Shown here one piece after another: positions 42,660 through 45,525 of a stretch of DNA of 45,525 nt. Source of the DNA: Octopus sinensis (taxonomy: Eukaryota); contig NW_021834560.1 of the NCBI RefSeq assembly GCF_006345805.1, forward strand, positions 1-45,525. The letters are read 5' to 3'. The notes beneath the pieces were generated by a model. That model was not told the origin of the DNA. It was given only the letters and a program-made list of their open reading frames with translations, and searched no databases. Numbering within the stretch: the stretch's first letter is position 1; each line of letters opens with the position of its first letter. The translations under genes and the position numbers were made by a program.

Positions 42660-43567
42660 GTGAGTTTGTGTTTGATTTTGTTGACAAGATGTATTGTTGT
42701 AAAAGTGGTTGAGTATTCCAGAGTGTACCTGTAACACAATTCTCTAGCAGAATCAATGTGACAGAGTGAGACGAGGCCATCCCTTTCTAATTACAGGTAC
42801 ATTCCTTCTTGTATTATTGTGTAAAGGGCTCGCTATCATCATTTTCCAGTGTCAACTTTTCCATCCTGGTATGGGTTGAATGGAGTTTGTTGAGGTGGGT
42901 TTTATTTGGCTGGATGCTCTTCCTATCACCAACACTCACCTGCTTCCAAATAAGTTTAATATTTCTCCATAGTTAGAGGTTTTTCATGGAAGATTGGAAA
43001 TGGACACTGCTAGCAGGATAGTGATACTTACAACCACACACACACACAATGTATATACATGCATGTATATATAGGAGTGGCTGTGTGGTAAGTAGCTTGT
43101 TTACCAACCACATGGTTCCGGGTTCAGTCCCACTGCGTGGCACCTTGGGCAAGTGTCTTCTACTATAGCCTCGGGTCGACCAAAGCCTTGTGAGTGAATT
43201 TGGTAGACGGAAACTGAAAGAAGCCTGTCGTATATATATATATATATGTATATGTGTGTCTGTGTTTGCCCCTCTAGCATTGCTTGACAACCGGTGCTGG
43301 TATGTTTACGTCCCCGACACTTAGCGGTTCGGCAAAAGAGACCGATAGAATAAGTACTGGGCTTACAAAGAATAAGTCCCGGTGTCGATTTGATCGACTA
43401 AAGGCGGTGCTCCAGCATGGCCGCAGTCAAATGACTGAAACAATATGATTAAAATCAAAAAGAGGGTGAAAAAATTGGATATTAATCTAATAACATCAAT
43501 TTAAACACCAGTGGCCTAGCATATAAAGGACTGAGATTCAGTAAATATTATTAATACACAACTATAA

Positions 43568-44065
43568 GAGAGAATCCACTATGTGGACGCTCTTATGCTG
43601 GAGATAGATCCGCAAAGGGACTCAACCACTAAGAATTGTTCTCAAGAAAAAATTTTAGCACACTAAGAACGTAAACGAGCAGGACAAATGAAAAATAACA
43701 AAAATATAGATTAACCCCAGACAATTGTTTCACTGTTAATAAATTATGCAATTTTACTCACACAATAAATCCACAGATCATCAGTGAGATTCGTCATAAA
43801 TATAATTTGTCGAACTGTACGCCAGATATTAACACGAGGCCAAAAATACTGATGATCTGCAGATTAATTGTGTAAGTAAAATTACATAATTTATTAAGAG
43901 TGAAACAATTGTCTGGGGTTAATCTATATTTTTGTTATTTTTCATTTGTCCTGCTCGCTTACATTCTTAGCGTGCTAAAAATTTTTCTTGAGAACAATTC
44001 TTAGTGGTTCAATCCCTTTGCGGATCTATCTCTAGCGTAAGAGCGTCCACATAGTGGATTCTCTC
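43568..44065. mobile_element. Long foldback element: 218-bp arms (43568-43785, 43848-44065), 62-bp loop
   Basis: The arms are collinear reverse complements with scattered substitutions, from gagagaatccactatgtggacgctctta to cagatcatcagt. Confidence 0.9.
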
Positions 44066-44754
44066 TCATATTGTATATATATATATATATATATGTGTGT
44101 GTCTTTGTGGTGTTCAAAATGTGACAAGTAAGGAAACAACAGTGTTTTAGTTTGGTGCTCAAGAAAAATGCAAAAAGTGTTTGGCAAATGTATATATTTT
44201 TGGGAAACTAAAAGAAGCCTCTTGTCTGTATGTATATGTGATCACCGTGACCGACCAGGCTATCAGATGTTGTTACACACTGCTGGTCACAATGCACTTC
44301 GCATTGTTTTAGCCTTCAAATGATGCCACTCTGCTGGCTATGTGAGCAGGCCAACAGAAAAAAGAGTGAGAGAAAGTTGTGGCGAAAGAGTACAGAAGGG
44401 ATCGCCACCACCCCCTGCCGGAGCCTCGTGGGGCTTTAGGTGTTTTCGCTCAATAAACACTCACAACACCCGGTCTGGGAATCAAAAGCGCGATCCTACG
44501 ACCGCGAGTCCGCTGCCCTAACCACTGTGCCATTGTGCCTCCACACAATACATATATATATATATATAAAGGTAAAGTTCCAAAATTGGTTAATTGGGAT
44601 ATATAATCCTAGCAGGTACCAGCTTCACTTTTACTAGTTAACAATGCTGGCTAACCTCAGTTAATGCAGATGAACTCCAGTTAGTTTACGTTGCTATACT
44701 CGGTAGATCCAAATATCTTCTATAGACTGCATAGTGTTGATAGAGAAGAAATAA

Positions 44755-45186
44755 TCTCTCTATATATAAACGGCAGTTTGTCTGTCTGTGTGTCTGTCAG
44801 GTTGTACCCTCACCCTGACCACGGCTTTCAACCGATTCTGATGAAACTTGACACACACATAGCCCAATGTCATAATTCAAAACTAACGCAGCGAAAATTT
44901 TGAAAAGTTCCCCCAGTACTGAAAAGAATCAATAAATTCGACATGGGGTCGAGAATCTAAGCTTTTTATATGCAACATATTTTCTGTCTAGGGGACACAA
45001 CTTGACCTTTATATCGCCCAAAGGGACAGCTAGGAACATCGTATACACAGAAGTATTCGAGTGAAGAGAAGACATTGCAACCTACACATGCGCCTTCGTT
45101 CCCTAGAGGGAAAGGACTAGATTGGGATTAGTTGTTGCCTACTAGGGGCTCTTACATACCCGGGCAACGCTGGGCTATGCTACTAG
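44755..45186 (+). mobile_element. Non-autonomous Helitron retaining the last codons of the RepHel helicase
   Basis: A|TC start, hairpin cccgggcaacgctggg (45159-45174), CTAG|T end. 44999-45064 reads NLTFISPKGTARNIVYTEVFE*, resembling the Helitron helicase C-terminus (..G.T.NIVY.EVL*). Confidence 0.82.
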
Positions 45187-45525
45187 TAAGTTAATAAAAA
45201 TCAAGAGAACAGAGATTTACATATCCAGGTTTTATCATACAATGAACCACATCTTTCTTTGTCAGTACCTATACGTGTTTCTGTTGCAAGCCAGTGCACA
45301 CTGCAAAATATGCATTTTGGTGTTAATTGCTGGTACTGCTTTATCAGGGAAAGATTTAACTGCATTTCAGATACCTTCTGAAGAGTATCATTACACCTGG
45401 TCAATACCTAGAGCCTAAACCTGGTTAATCATATATATATTTTTTTTTCTTTAGTTGTTTCAGTCATTTGACTGCGGCCATGCTGGGAGCACCACCTTTA
45501 GTCGAGCACCTCGACCCAGGACTTA

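Noticed and set aside
45201-45404. 67-aa minus-strand ORF
   Set aside because: No recognisable motif or splice context; its length is compatible with chance.

Overview
Eukaryotic, AT- and microsatellite-rich genomic DNA, most likely from an octopus or other coleoid cephalopod. That assignment is inferred from the repeat families and was not confirmed by a search. Two host genes lie on the + strand. The first is the last coding exon of MRPS21 (4738-4915). The second is AATF/Che-1 (Bfr2 homologue), for which 12 phase-compatible GT-AG exons can be traced from the ATG at 16371 to 42659 (1679 nt, about 559 codons); its terminal exon is not confidently located. The rest is a dense mosaic of mobile DNA. 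It includes a young Mag-type Ty3/Gypsy element (8540-14179; near-identical LTRs, GAGTC target duplication, tRNA-Leu PBS, PPT, long gag-pol ORF) inserted into a SINE and itself interrupted by a 5'-truncated RTE LINE. It also holds a decayed R4/Dong-type LINE, CR1-type and L1/Tx1-type fragments, two non-autonomous Helitrons, several MITE/foldback families and many tRNA-derived SINEs. The most unusual signals are: (1) hammerhead-ribozyme-like motifs of the Penelope type, including a perfect 101-bp inverted repeat with a mirrored pair and a motif joined to a tRNA-like head; (2) a ~555-bp non-coding element found only in (TAA)n tracts; (3) a family of long foldback elements. Most ORFs in the supplied track are repeat- or microsatellite-derived and are not genes. 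Coordinates and identities were read by eye.
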